Source: Sphingomonadaceae bacterium (GTDB lineage Bacteria; Pseudomonadota; Alphaproteobacteria; Sphingomonadales; Sphingomonadaceae). Taken from it: a stretch of DNA of 64,000 bases. The notes below the pieces were generated by a model. The model worked only from the letters and a program-made list of their open reading frames with translations. It made no database searches and was not told the origin of the DNA. The translations under genes and the position numbers were made by a program. The stretch is taken from NCBI GenBank assembly GCA_035566015.1, contig DATMRS010000017.1:43449-107448 (forward strand), given 5' to 3'. Of the stretch, positions 21,111 through 29,861 are shown piece by piece. Every line of letters starts with the position of its first letter. Position 1 is the first letter of the stretch.

Positions 21111-22081
21111 GCCGCATGCTTTCCGTAGGGCAGGATGTGGAGCAGCGGCTTGCCGGCGATGAAATGCTCCAGATTTTGCCGAACCGCTGCCGCCAGCCGT
21201 TTGGGGGATTCGGCGCTGCCGCCACCGCCGGTATGCGGCGAGACAATTAAATTGGGCGCGTCCCAAAGCGGGTCGTCGGCCGGCAGTGGCTCGGGGGTGG
21301 TGACATCCAACGCCGCCCCCGCGAGCCTGCCCTCGACCAGCGCCTGGCGAAGCGCGACCTGATCGATCAAGCCGCCGCGCGCGATGTTCACCAGAAAGGC
21401 ACCGGGCTTCATCGCCGCAAATTCCGCCGCCCCGATCACGCCTTGGGTTTCGCGGTTCAGGGGCGCCGCAAGCAGCACCGCGTCCGCCTCGGCCAAGGCC
21501 GTCTTGATGTCGGCAACGGCGAAGGACGCATCGACGCCTTCGCGAGGGCCGCCCGATCGGGTCACGCCGATGACGCGCATGTCGAAGGCGTGCGCGCGTT
21601 TGGCGATTTCGAGACCGATCTTGCCCAGGCCGACCACCACCGCCGTCTTCATGAAGAGCGATCGGAAGCGCGGACTGAAGCCCCTGTTCCAGTCCCGCGC
21701 CGCCACGTTCCGCACGAAATCGGGCACGCAATGGGCGGTGGCCAGCAGCAACGCCATCGCATGCTCGGCAACGACGGGGGCGGAATGGCCGCCGCTGCTG
21801 GTCACAACGACATCATGCGGCACACCATGGGCCTCGAACCCCTCATTGCCGGCGGCGACGGTTTGGAACCAGCGCAGCGAGGGCGTTTCGCGCAGGAGCT
21901 TCGCGACCTCGGCGGTATATTTCGAAGCGCCCGACGAGATGATCGCATCGGCGCCGTCAAGCGCCTCGCCAAGCTTTTCCGGATCATCCACGACGACGAT
22001 TTCGGCGCCGTCCACATCCTTTATGGCCGGAACGACGGCATCCTTATACACGTCCACGGGAATCCAGACGACAACGCGCAT
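21107..22081 (-). CDS. D-isomer-specific 2-hydroxyacid dehydrogenase (NAD-binding)
   Basis: ORF 21107..22156. Start MRVVVWIPVD at 22081. GLGKIGLEIAKR Rossmann motif and ...NIARGGLID...PHTGG catalytic region. Confidence 0.85.
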   Translation of the reverse strand: MRVVVWIPVDVYKDAVVPAIKDVDGAEIVVVDDPEKLGEALDGADAIISSGASKYTAEVAKLLRETPSLRWFQTVAAGNEGFEAHGVPHDVVVTSSGGHSAPVVAEHAMALLLATAHCVPDFVRNVAARDWNRGFSPRFRSLFMKTAVVVGLGKIGLEIAKRAHAFDMRVIGVTRSGGPREGVDASFAVADIKTALAEADAVLLAAPLNRETQGVIGAAEFAAMKPGAFLVNIARGGLIDQVALRQALVEGRLAGAALDVTTPEPLPADDPLWDAPNLIVSPHTGGGGSAESPKRLAAAVRQNLEHFIAGKPLLHILPYGKHAA

Positions 22082-22294
22082 ATCTTTTCCCTCTCCCGGT
22101 GCGCGTGTCTTTGTGGGGTCATCCTCCGTCCCGGACCTATTCAAAGTCCGGGTCAAACCACGGCTACGCCATGCTTCTCGGATGCCGCCTCTCCCTTGCG
22201 CATATCCGCTATCGGCCCGAATGTTCCAGAACCGCCCTTTGGTGTCAATATTCTATGTTTTTATGTGATAAGGGACGATAGGTGGCGCGCGCCG

Positions 22295-23251
22295 CTATCC
22301 GGCCGGAAGTCCTTCTCGCTCGAAATAGGTATTCGCCGCATCGACCAGATGGTCGATCACGGCCTGGCGGGCCTCTTGCGTGAAACTGGCCGAATGCGGG
22401 GTGAGGATGACATTATCGAGCGGATGGAAGCGCGGATTGACCGACGGCTCCCGTGGAAAGACATCCAATGCCGCGGCCGCCAACGCCTTGCGCTCAAGGG
22501 CGTCGAGCAGTGCCTCTTCGTCCACCACCGCGCCGCGCGCGATATTGACGAGAATCCCATCCCGTCCCAGCGCATCGAGCACGCGGCGGTTCACCAGATG
22601 GCGCGTTTCCTCCGACTCTCCGCAGGCGAGCACGAGAATGTCGCTGTCGGCGGCGAGGTCGACGATATCGGTATGAAAAGCGAAGGGTTGGTCGGTTCGT
22701 TCACGGCGCGAAGTATAGCCGACCGGCATGCCCAACGCCGCGCATTTTTCCGCGACGCGCAGCCCGATTCGGCCGAGGCCGACAATGCCGACGCGCCGGT
22801 TCGTCACCCGCCTCGCGGTACGGAAACGCCCCTTTTCCCAAAGGCCCGAACGAACGAAGCGATCGGCGCTGACGATGTCTCGCTGCGCCGCGAACATCAG
22901 CCCGAGCGCGAAATCGGCGACATCTTCGGTGAACTGATCGGGGGTATGGGCTAGCGCAATCCCCCGCCGATCCAGACCCGCGACATCGATCTTGTCCAGC
23001 CCGGCGCCCATCGACAGCACCAGTTCGAGATTCGGCAACACGTCCAAGAGGCCGGGCGGAACGCCGAGCAGCGCGCGCGTCGCCACCACTCGGGTCGTAG
23101 AAGGAACCGCCTCTATCGGCACCGCGTCCAGACCTTCCAGGACGTGCTCGCTCAAAACGAAATGCTGCGCGAGGGCAGCGTGAAGATCATCCGGCAACTT
23201 CGCAATGACCGTAACCTCGCCGCGCCTGGGCTCCATATCCACTCCGTCCAT
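22295..23251 (-). CDS. D-isomer-specific 2-hydroxyacid dehydrogenase (glyoxylate/hydroxypyruvate reductase-like)
   Basis: 318 aa. GIVGLGRIGLRVAEK, NIARGAVVDE, TPHSAS motifs. Confidence 0.85.
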   Translation of the reverse strand: MDGVDMEPRRGEVTVIAKLPDDLHAALAQHFVLSEHVLEGLDAVPIEAVPSTTRVVATRALLGVPPGLLDVLPNLELVLSMGAGLDKIDVAGLDRRGIALAHTPDQFTEDVADFALGLMFAAQRDIVSADRFVRSGLWEKGRFRTARRVTNRRVGIVGLGRIGLRVAEKCAALGMPVGYTSRRERTDQPFAFHTDIVDLAADSDILVLACGESEETRHLVNRRVLDALGRDGILVNIARGAVVDEEALLDALERKALAAAALDVFPREPSVNPRFHPLDNVILTPHSASFTQEARQAVIDHLVDAANTYFEREGLPAG

Positions 23252-23435
23252 GCTGCATCAAATCTCGGGTATAGTGATTAACCCATTTCAATGGGTCAAT
23301 AGCGCTCCCGTCGGCTGTACGGATCTCAGACGATTCCCGTAAGCTACCGGTTTGCGCTTGACATTTAACCTAATGATTCAGTCTTTCTTCCCAAGAACGC
23401 CCCGCCCTCCTCTTCGCAACGCGAGTCTGGCTTAC

Positions 23436-24305
23436 ATGATCGAGACCGTCACCGCACCAGCCGTCACGCCGCCCATGAGCGCTCTCCCTCGCGGCGCATG
23501 CGACTGCCACATGCACGTCTTTGGGCCGTTCGACGCCTTTCCTCCGCCCGATGAACCGAGCTACGCCCTGCCGGACACTAATCCGACGCTTCACCTCACT
23601 ACACTCGACCGGCTCGGCCTCGATCGCGCGATACTGATCCAGCCCTCGCCCTACCAGACCGACCATCGGGCACTGCTACACGCCCTCGCCAACAGCCCGG
23701 ATCGGTTGCGCGGCATCGGCTCCTGCGATGCCGAGACGAGCGGCGAGACCTTGCAGGCGCTGCGGCGGGCCGGCATCATCGGGCTCCGCTTCGTCGAGAT
23801 GAAAGCGAAGGATGGTGGCCGCTATCCGGGAACGCAGGGGCTGGACAGTTTCGATCGGCTGGCGGCGGATATGCGCACCCACCACATGCATGCCCAGCTT
23901 TGGGCCGATGCCGCTTCCTGCGCCGATGCCGCGCAAAGAATGGCGAAACAGGGCATGACGTTGGTTCTGGATCACCTCGCCGGTTTGGGTCCCGAAGACC
24001 TGCCCGGCAGCCGGAATTTCGACAGGATCGCCGAGGCGCTCGACAGCGGGCTGCTGTGGATCAAGCTCACCTATTTCCGCAAATCGGCCCGGCCTTTGGA
24101 CTACGGCGACATGCGCCCGGTTGTTGCGGCGCTCGCCGAAGCGAGGCCGGATCGCCTGCTTTGGGGTTCGGACTGGCCCTTCGTGCGCATGGACGGGGAG
24201 CAGCCCGACGCCGGTCGCCTGATCGGGCAGCTCCGTGAATGGATCGGCGAGGATGCTTTCATCCGGGTCGTGCGCGACAACCCGGCGATGCTGTTCGGCT
24301 GGTAG
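23436..24305 (+). CDS. amidohydrolase-2 family protein (LigI/lactonase-like)
   Basis: ORF 23352..24305. Likely start MIETVTAP at 23436. ACDCHMHVFGP metal/active-site motif and C-terminal WGSDWPF motif. Confidence 0.75.
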   Translation: MIETVTAPAVTPPMSALPRGACDCHMHVFGPFDAFPPPDEPSYALPDTNPTLHLTTLDRLGLDRAILIQPSPYQTDHRALLHALANSPDRLRGIGSCDAETSGETLQALRRAGIIGLRFVEMKAKDGGRYPGTQGLDSFDRLAADMRTHHMHAQLWADAASCADAAQRMAKQGMTLVLDHLAGLGPEDLPGSRNFDRIAEALDSGLLWIKLTYFRKSARPLDYGDMRPVVAALAEARPDRLLWGSDWPFVRMDGEQPDAGRLIGQLREWIGEDAFIRVVRDNPAMLFGW

Positions 24306-24314
24306 CTACCGCGC

Positions 24315-25232
24315 TTAGGTCTCCCTGGGCCGGTCCCCCAGCGGATGACGGCTGTTCACCAGATCGACCAGCCGCCGGCTGTCGACATGCGTGTAGATCT
24401 GCGTCGTTGCGATATCGGCATGGCCCAGCATCGTCTGCAGCGCACGCAGGTCCGCCCCGCCTTCGAGCAGGTGCGTGGCGAAGGCATGGCGCAGCACATG
24501 GGGGCTGATCCGCGTGGGGGCGATCCCCGCCTCCGCCGCGAGTGCCTTGAGCAGTTGGTAGAGCCTCACCCGGCTCAGATGCGAGCGTCCTGATGGGAAA
24601 AGCCAGGGCGCATCCGCAGGCACACATGCACCCCACACTGCCACCGCGGCGCGCGCGCGATCGGAGATCGGCACCAGCCGCTCGCGCCCGCCCTTGCCGC
24701 GCAGGATCAGGAAAGGCCGATCGCCAGACAGCGCGCGGCGTGGCAGCGAAACAAGCTCGGTTGCGCGCAGCCCCGATCCGTAGAGCAGCTCGACGAGCGC
24801 GATCAGCCGCAGCACCGCCGAGTCGTCGGGCCGGGCCGCCCGCCGTTCCTCCAACGTGGCGAAAAGCCGATCGATATCGGCATGGTCGAGCGTCCGGGGC
24901 AGCGTGCGTTCGGCGCGCGGACGCGGCAGCGCGGAGGAGGGATCGTCCGTCCGTAACCCCTCCTCCGCCAGGAAGCCGTAGAAACGCCGCAGCGCCGCCG
25001 CCTTGCGCGCTACCGTCGCGCGCGCCAGTGGCATCCACGCCGCGCCCAGCCGGCCCAGATCCTCCGCCCCCGCCGTCGCTAGCCGGCCGCCGAGCAGGGC
25101 GGAGGCGGCGCGGAGATCGGAATCATAGGCCATCAACGTATTCTTCGCCGATCCCGCCTCGGCCGCCATCATTTCGAGGAAGCGCCCGATCAACCGGCCG
25201 TCTTCTCCAACTTCCAGCGCGGCGCCCTTCAC
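24315..25232 (-). CDS. xerD: site-specific tyrosine recombinase XerD
   Basis: 305 aa. ...NTLMAYDSDLR..., ...GLRATELVSL...GKGGRERLVP...HVLRHAFATHLLEGGADLRALQTMLGHADIATTQIYTHV (R-H-R-Y catalytic set). Confidence 0.9.
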   Translation of the reverse strand: MKGAALEVGEDGRLIGRFLEMMAAEAGSAKNTLMAYDSDLRAASALLGGRLATAGAEDLGRLGAAWMPLARATVARKAAALRRFYGFLAEEGLRTDDPSSALPRPRAERTLPRTLDHADIDRLFATLEERRAARPDDSAVLRLIALVELLYGSGLRATELVSLPRRALSGDRPFLILRGKGGRERLVPISDRARAAVAVWGACVPADAPWLFPSGRSHLSRVRLYQLLKALAAEAGIAPTRISPHVLRHAFATHLLEGGADLRALQTMLGHADIATTQIYTHVDSRRLVDLVNSRHPLGDRPRET

Positions 25233-27067
25233 GATCGCGTCATCGCCTCCGCCGCGATCATCCGCGCCTCATTCTCCAGCCCCACGGCCTTCAGCGCGGC
25301 CATCATGTGGTAGAAATAATGCGCGGGTACGCCGCGCCAGGTCGGCGTCTGCATGCCCACGGCACAGAGCAAGGCGACGGTGCCCGGCTGCCGCGCGCGC
25401 GCGGCCTTGTCGATCGCGCGCGTCCATACATCCTGGGCGCCCAACGGCAGGTCGGTAGCCTTGGCGAGCCGTTCCTGGTCGCGCGCCGAAATCCGCCCGA
25501 GGCCGGCAAGCGCGGCGATCAGCAGTCGGCTCTTGTGAAGTCCCTCGGCTCCCGCGCGTTCGCGGAAGGAATCGATCCGGCCGAAGCTCAGATCCACAGC
25601 CGGCCGGGACGAGCCTACCGCCAGCATCGCCCAGGCGGCATCGCCAGACTTGCCCATATTCTCGACGACGGGCGCCCAGCGTGCCGCCTGTATGTCGAGC
25701 CCGGCGGAGAACATCGATCCGATCAGCGCGGCCGCATCGCTCGCCCTTGTATCGCTCGGCGTGATTCGCGCCGCCGCGCGCGCGGTGAGGATCGCGGCGC
25801 CGTAACGGTCGCGATCACCCTTCGCCCCGCTCCACAGCGCGCGCATCGCCGACAGGCGCGCCGCCTCATCCTGCCCGACATAAGCGGTACGCAGCCGCCC
25901 GGCGTCGCTGTCCGTCACCTCGGACACATCGGTTGCGTCGTAAACCGTGCCGTAAAGATCGACGAGCGCGACGTTCGAGAAGACGCCGAGCGCGGCGGCG
26001 ATCCGCGCCGCCTTGATCCGGTCGGCCGGCGGCACCATTGCGGCCCTCGCGCGCCACGCCTGAACCTGCGGCCCCACCGTTTCGAACAACGGATCGGGTA
26101 TCTTGACCGCGAGCGCCGTGGCGAGGCCGAACCGCCAGGCGGTCAGCTTGTCGACCCCATTCCATTCGATATTGATCGATCGCCGGCCGTTGACGCCCGC
26201 GCCGACCACTTTCTCGGCCAGAAGCCGATCGATGCCGCGCCCTGCCCGCTTCTGCTTCGCCTGGTCCATCAGCGCGCTCGCGACCGATGGTTCGCCCGAC
26301 AAAGCCGCGCACATGGCGGCGGCCAGCGGCCAGACCGGCTCGTCGCTGATCCGCTGCGCCCCGGGCACCAGCGGACACAGGCCGGCGGGATCGGCGGTGG
26401 CGAGCCGCGTCTGCGTCGCCACCTGATACATGTTCGCGTTGAAGTTCGCGACATCGACGCTCTGGACGAGCATCCTCGCCGCATCCGCCTCGCCCATCCG
26501 GAGGAGGAGCCAGGCGCGCTCAGCCACCCAGTCCACCGGCGCCACCGCACGGGGCGACGCGAGACGCGACAGGAGCGCACGCCGGAGCAGGATCGATTGC
26601 CAGCGCGAGGCGATCGGCGCGTCCAGCCGGTGCATGAGCACCGTGAGAAAACGGCCGTTCGCCTGCCCGAACGCATCGGTCGCCATGCCGTAGGGCGGCG
26701 ATACCATGCCGACATTGGCGAGCGACCGGCGGGCGGCGGGCGGCAGCTCCAGTTCCTCGGCCTTTTTCTCCGCCTGCTCTGCCTTCGCCGCGGCTTCGGC
26801 GGGGCTCAGCTCCTCGGGCGGAGGCGGTGGCACGATGTCGGGCGGCAACAGCACCGTCGGTCCGCCGGGTTGCGGCGTCGGAGCGGCGGGTCGCTGCGCC
26901 GGTGGCGCCGAGGGCTGGGGCGGCGGCGCGGGCACAGGCTCGCCGAATCCCGGCGGCAGCAGGGATTCGGGCGCGCGCTGCGCCAATGCGGGCCAGTAGG
27001 CTATCGCGCCGCCCGCGACGCCGCAAAGCAATAGGCCGGCGAAAAACCTACTTCTGAGCCGTGACAT
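25229..27067 (-). CDS. hypothetical secreted protein with N-terminal Pro-rich region
   Basis: 612-aa ORF. Signal-like MSRLRSRFFAGLLLCGVAGGAIAYWPALAQ, then a PAPPPQPSAPPAQRPAAPTPQP low-complexity stretch, then an Ala/Leu-rich helical body. The stop overlaps the xerD start. I recognise no family. Confidence 0.6.
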   Translation of the reverse strand: MSRLRSRFFAGLLLCGVAGGAIAYWPALAQRAPESLLPPGFGEPVPAPPPQPSAPPAQRPAAPTPQPGGPTVLLPPDIVPPPPPEELSPAEAAAKAEQAEKKAEELELPPAARRSLANVGMVSPPYGMATDAFGQANGRFLTVLMHRLDAPIASRWQSILLRRALLSRLASPRAVAPVDWVAERAWLLLRMGEADAARMLVQSVDVANFNANMYQVATQTRLATADPAGLCPLVPGAQRISDEPVWPLAAAMCAALSGEPSVASALMDQAKQKRAGRGIDRLLAEKVVGAGVNGRRSINIEWNGVDKLTAWRFGLATALAVKIPDPLFETVGPQVQAWRARAAMVPPADRIKAARIAAALGVFSNVALVDLYGTVYDATDVSEVTDSDAGRLRTAYVGQDEAARLSAMRALWSGAKGDRDRYGAAILTARAAARITPSDTRASDAAALIGSMFSAGLDIQAARWAPVVENMGKSGDAAWAMLAVGSSRPAVDLSFGRIDSFRERAGAEGLHKSRLLIAALAGLGRISARDQERLAKATDLPLGAQDVWTRAIDKAARARQPGTVALLCAVGMQTPTWRGVPAHYFYHMMAALKAVGLENEARMIAAEAMTRS

Positions 27068-27185
27068 TCAGCATCTCTTTCTCGACACGAACCGGCTGCA
27101 CCTCGGTATTCCGGTTGGCGAGGAAGAGCACGCCTCCCACAATCAGCACGACGATCAGAAGGAGGATGATGCTGGAACGCGACAT
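27048..27185 (-). CDS. small single-pass membrane protein (45 aa), hypothetical
   Basis: The tail of ORF 27048..27728 reads MSRSSIILLLIVVLIVGGVLFLANRNTEVQPVRVEKEMLNVTAQK. An AGGGA SD-like sequence lies about 6 nt upstream. It overlaps the start of the 612-aa gene by 20 nt. Confidence 0.45.
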   Translation of the reverse strand: MSRSSIILLLIVVLIVGGVLFLANRNTEVQPVRVEKEMLNVTAQK

Positions 27186-27282
27186 GGGCTTCCCTTGAGC
27201 TGGCCCCCGGACAGGCGGCTTCGACATGGACGATGCGTGGGCTTTTGCCCCACGCCCCGCCACTGTGTATAGCCCCGCCGCC

Positions 27283-27822
27283 ATGCAGCAAAGCCTTTCG
27301 CCCGACAGCGCGCCCCGCCATCGCACGATCGTGCTCATCGGACTGATGGGCGCGGGCAAGTCGACCGTGGGGCGGAAGCTCGCGGCCAGACTGCATTTGC
27401 CTTTCGTCGACGCCGATACCGAGATCGAGCGCGCGGCGGGCCTCAGCATTCCCGAAATCTTCGAGCGGTTCGGCGAAGCGCATTTTCGCGACGGCGAACG
27501 GCGCGTGATCGCCCGGCTGATCGATGGCATGCCGAAGGTGATCGCCACCGGCGGCGGCGCCTTCATGCAGCCCGAAACGCGCTCGCTGATCCTCGACCGG
27601 GCGACCACCATCTGGCTCGACGCCGATATCGATACCTTGGCCGAACGCGTGCGGCGGCGGGACAATCGCCCTTTGCTTCGCGGCAGGAACCCGCATGAGG
27701 TGCTGTCCGAACTGGCGGCGGTGCGCAATCCCGTCTACGCGCTGGCCCCCATCCATATACGCAGCGAACCCGTGCCGCATGAGGCGACGGTGGAAGCGAT
27801 AATGAAGGCGCTTGAAGCATGA
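27283..27822 (+). CDS. aroK: shikimate kinase
   Basis: ORF 27226..27822. Likely start MQQSLSP at 27283. Walker A LIGLMGAGKSTVGRKLA, then ...DADTEIE...GGGAF. Confidence 0.9.
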   Translation: MQQSLSPDSAPRHRTIVLIGLMGAGKSTVGRKLAARLHLPFVDADTEIERAAGLSIPEIFERFGEAHFRDGERRVIARLIDGMPKVIATGGGAFMQPETRSLILDRATTIWLDADIDTLAERVRRRDNRPLLRGRNPHEVLSELAAVRNPVYALAPIHIRSEPVPHEATVEAIMKALEA

Positions 27823-28925
27823 CACGGGTGGACGTTGCGCTGGGCCGGCGCGCTTATGCGATCGACATAGAGGATGGCGCGCTCGATCGGGCAGGCACGC
27901 TCCTTGCCTCCTACGCGCGAGGGGAGCGGCTGGTGATCGTCACCGACGACCACGTCGCGGCGAGCCAACTCCCGCGGCTCACCGCCTCGCTCGCCTCGGC
28001 CGGCATCGCGGTGGCGACCGAAATCCTTCCCGCCGGCGAAGGCACCAAGAGCTGGGCGTATCTCGAAAAGCTTCTCGATCGCCTGCTCGGCGAAGGGGTG
28101 GAACGCGGCGACCATATCGTCGCGCTGGGCGGCGGCGTGATCGGCGATCTCGTGGGCTTTGCGGCGGCGATCCTGAAACGCGGCTGCGGCTTCGTGCAGG
28201 TGCCGACCACCCTGCTCGCCCAGGTCGATTCGTCGGTCGGCGGCAAGACCGCGATCAATACGGCGGCGGGCAAGAATCTCGTCGGCTCTTTCCACCAGCC
28301 GTCCTACGTCCTGATCGATCCGACGACGCTCGATACGCTTCCGCCGCGCGAAGTGCGCGCAGGCTATGCCGAGGTCGTCAAATATGGGCTGATCGACAGC
28401 CTGCCCTTCTTCGCCTGGTGCGAGGAAAACGGCAGCGCCCTGCTCGCCGACGATGCGGCGGCGCGGGTGGAGGCAATCCGGCATAGTGTCTCGGCCAAGG
28501 CCGCGATCGTCGCCGAGGACGAGCGCGAGACGAGCGGCAAGCGCGCGCTCCTCAATCTCGGCCACACGTTCGGCCATGCGCTGGAAGCCGAAACGGGCTT
28601 CTCCGACCGGCTCCTCCATGGTGAGGCGGTGGCAGCGGGCATGGCGCTCGCTTTCCGCTTTTCCGTGCGTCAAGGCCTATGCCCAGCTGAGGACGCCGCG
28701 CGTGTCACCGCCCATCTGCGCGCCGCCGGCCTGCCCGCGACCCTCGCCGATGCCGGCGTCGACGCATCGGGCGAGGCTCTCGTCGCGCACATGGCGCACG
28801 ACAAGAAAATGGAGGCGGGTCGCCTCCCCTTCCTCCTCGCGCGCGGCATCGGCCAGACCTATCTCGCCAGGGAAGTGGATCTTGCCGACGTCGCCGCCTT
28901 CCTCAATGAGGAACGGGCCAGCTGA
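27819..28925 (+). CDS. aroB: 3-dehydroquinate synthase
   Basis: 368 aa. ...ALGGGVIGDLVGFAAA...VPTTLLAQVDSSVGGKTAIN...GHTFGHALE...HGEAVA. The ATG overlaps the aroK stop. Confidence 0.93.
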   Translation: MTRVDVALGRRAYAIDIEDGALDRAGTLLASYARGERLVIVTDDHVAASQLPRLTASLASAGIAVATEILPAGEGTKSWAYLEKLLDRLLGEGVERGDHIVALGGGVIGDLVGFAAAILKRGCGFVQVPTTLLAQVDSSVGGKTAINTAAGKNLVGSFHQPSYVLIDPTTLDTLPPREVRAGYAEVVKYGLIDSLPFFAWCEENGSALLADDAAARVEAIRHSVSAKAAIVAEDERETSGKRALLNLGHTFGHALEAETGFSDRLLHGEAVAAGMALAFRFSVRQGLCPAEDAARVTAHLRAAGLPATLADAGVDASGEALVAHMAHDKKMEAGRLPFLLARGIGQTYLAREVDLADVAAFLNEERAS

Positions 28926-28940
28926 CATTTCCAATCGATC

Positions 28941-29861
28941 CTAGCGTCGTTTCGCCGCCAAGGCATCGAGCGCAAGGGCGGCCGCGCCCAATGGACCGGC
29001 GTCGTCGCCAAGCGCGGGCGGGCCGATGATATGCTCCAGAGCGGACGGCGTGATGCGGGCGATATAGCCGTTCAGCAAGGCGGCGGTGCGCGCGCGGATC
29101 GAGGGGAGCAGGAAGGCGCGGCCCAGTCCCACGCCGCCGCCGATCAGGATGCGATCGGGCGAAAGCGTGAGGATGAGGAGCGCCATCAGCTCGGCCAATT
29201 CATCCGCGATCTGCCACCATAAGGGGTCGTCGGGGGGTACCTCGCCCGCCGGCTGTCCGGCGCGGGCGGCGATGGCGGGGCCGGATATCAGGCCTTCCAG
29301 GCAGTCGCCATGATAGGGGCACAGGCCGACGAAATGGTCGCCGGGCGCGCGCCGGACGCGCAGATGGCCGATTTCGGGATGGACGAGGCCATGAACGGGC
29401 CTGCCGTCGATCAACACGCCGCCGCCGATCCCGGTGCCGATCGTCAGATAAACGAGCGCCCTTGCCCCTTGGCCCGCGCCCCAGCGCTGTTCGGCAAGCG
29501 CGCCGCCGGCGACATCGGTGTCGAAGCCGATCGGTACCGCGAAATGGTGGGCGAAATGGCCGCGCACATCGGTGCCCGCCCAGCCGGGCTTGGGTGTGCT
29601 GGTGATCGTTCCATAAGCCGGGCGCGTGGGATCGAGCTGCACAGGGCCGAAGCTCGCCACGCCGATCGCGGCGGGCGCGCCATGCTGTCCAGTCCAGCCC
29701 GCGATGGCGTCGGAAAGGGCCGCGAGCGTCGTTTGCGGATCGGCGGTCGGTACGCGCAGCCGATCGAGTATCCTGTTACCGCGCGCGATGAGCGCAACGC
29801 ATTTGGTGCCCCCCAGTTCGACACCTGCAACAAGCGGGGGCGCGGCGTCACCGTCGGGCAT
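28941..29861 (-). CDS. ROK-family sugar kinase (fructokinase/glucokinase-like)
   Basis: ORF 28941..30017. Start MPDGDAAPPLVAGVELGGTKCV at 29861, which overlaps the ampG stop (ATGA). Zinc motif ...HPEIGH...CPYHGDCLEG. Confidence 0.82.
   Translation of the reverse strand: MPDGDAAPPLVAGVELGGTKCVALIARGNRILDRLRVPTADPQTTLAALSDAIAGWTGQHGAPAAIGVASFGPVQLDPTRPAYGTITSTPKPGWAGTDVRGHFAHHFAVPIGFDTDVAGGALAEQRWGAGQGARALVYLTIGTGIGGGVLIDGRPVHGLVHPEIGHLRVRRAPGDHFVGLCPYHGDCLEGLISGPAIAARAGQPAGEVPPDDPLWWQIADELAELMALLILTLSPDRILIGGGVGLGRAFLLPSIRARTAALLNGYIARITPSALEHIIGPPALGDDAGPLGAAALALDALAAKRR

Noticed and set aside
22131-22153. Hairpin CCCGGAC-n9-GTCCGGG between the two 2-hydroxyacid dehydrogenase genes (also GGCGGGA-n11-TCCCGCC at 59551-59575)
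   Set aside because: Perfect 7-bp stems, but there is no U-tract on the transcribed strand and the stems are short. This is insufficient to call intrinsic terminators.
24593-27034. 813-aa plus-strand ORF, the second-longest ORF in the track
   Set aside because: It is extremely Arg/Pro/Ala/Gly-rich with no motifs. It lies entirely antisense to xerD and the 612-aa gene, which have recognisable features. This is a typical shadow ORF of GC-rich DNA.
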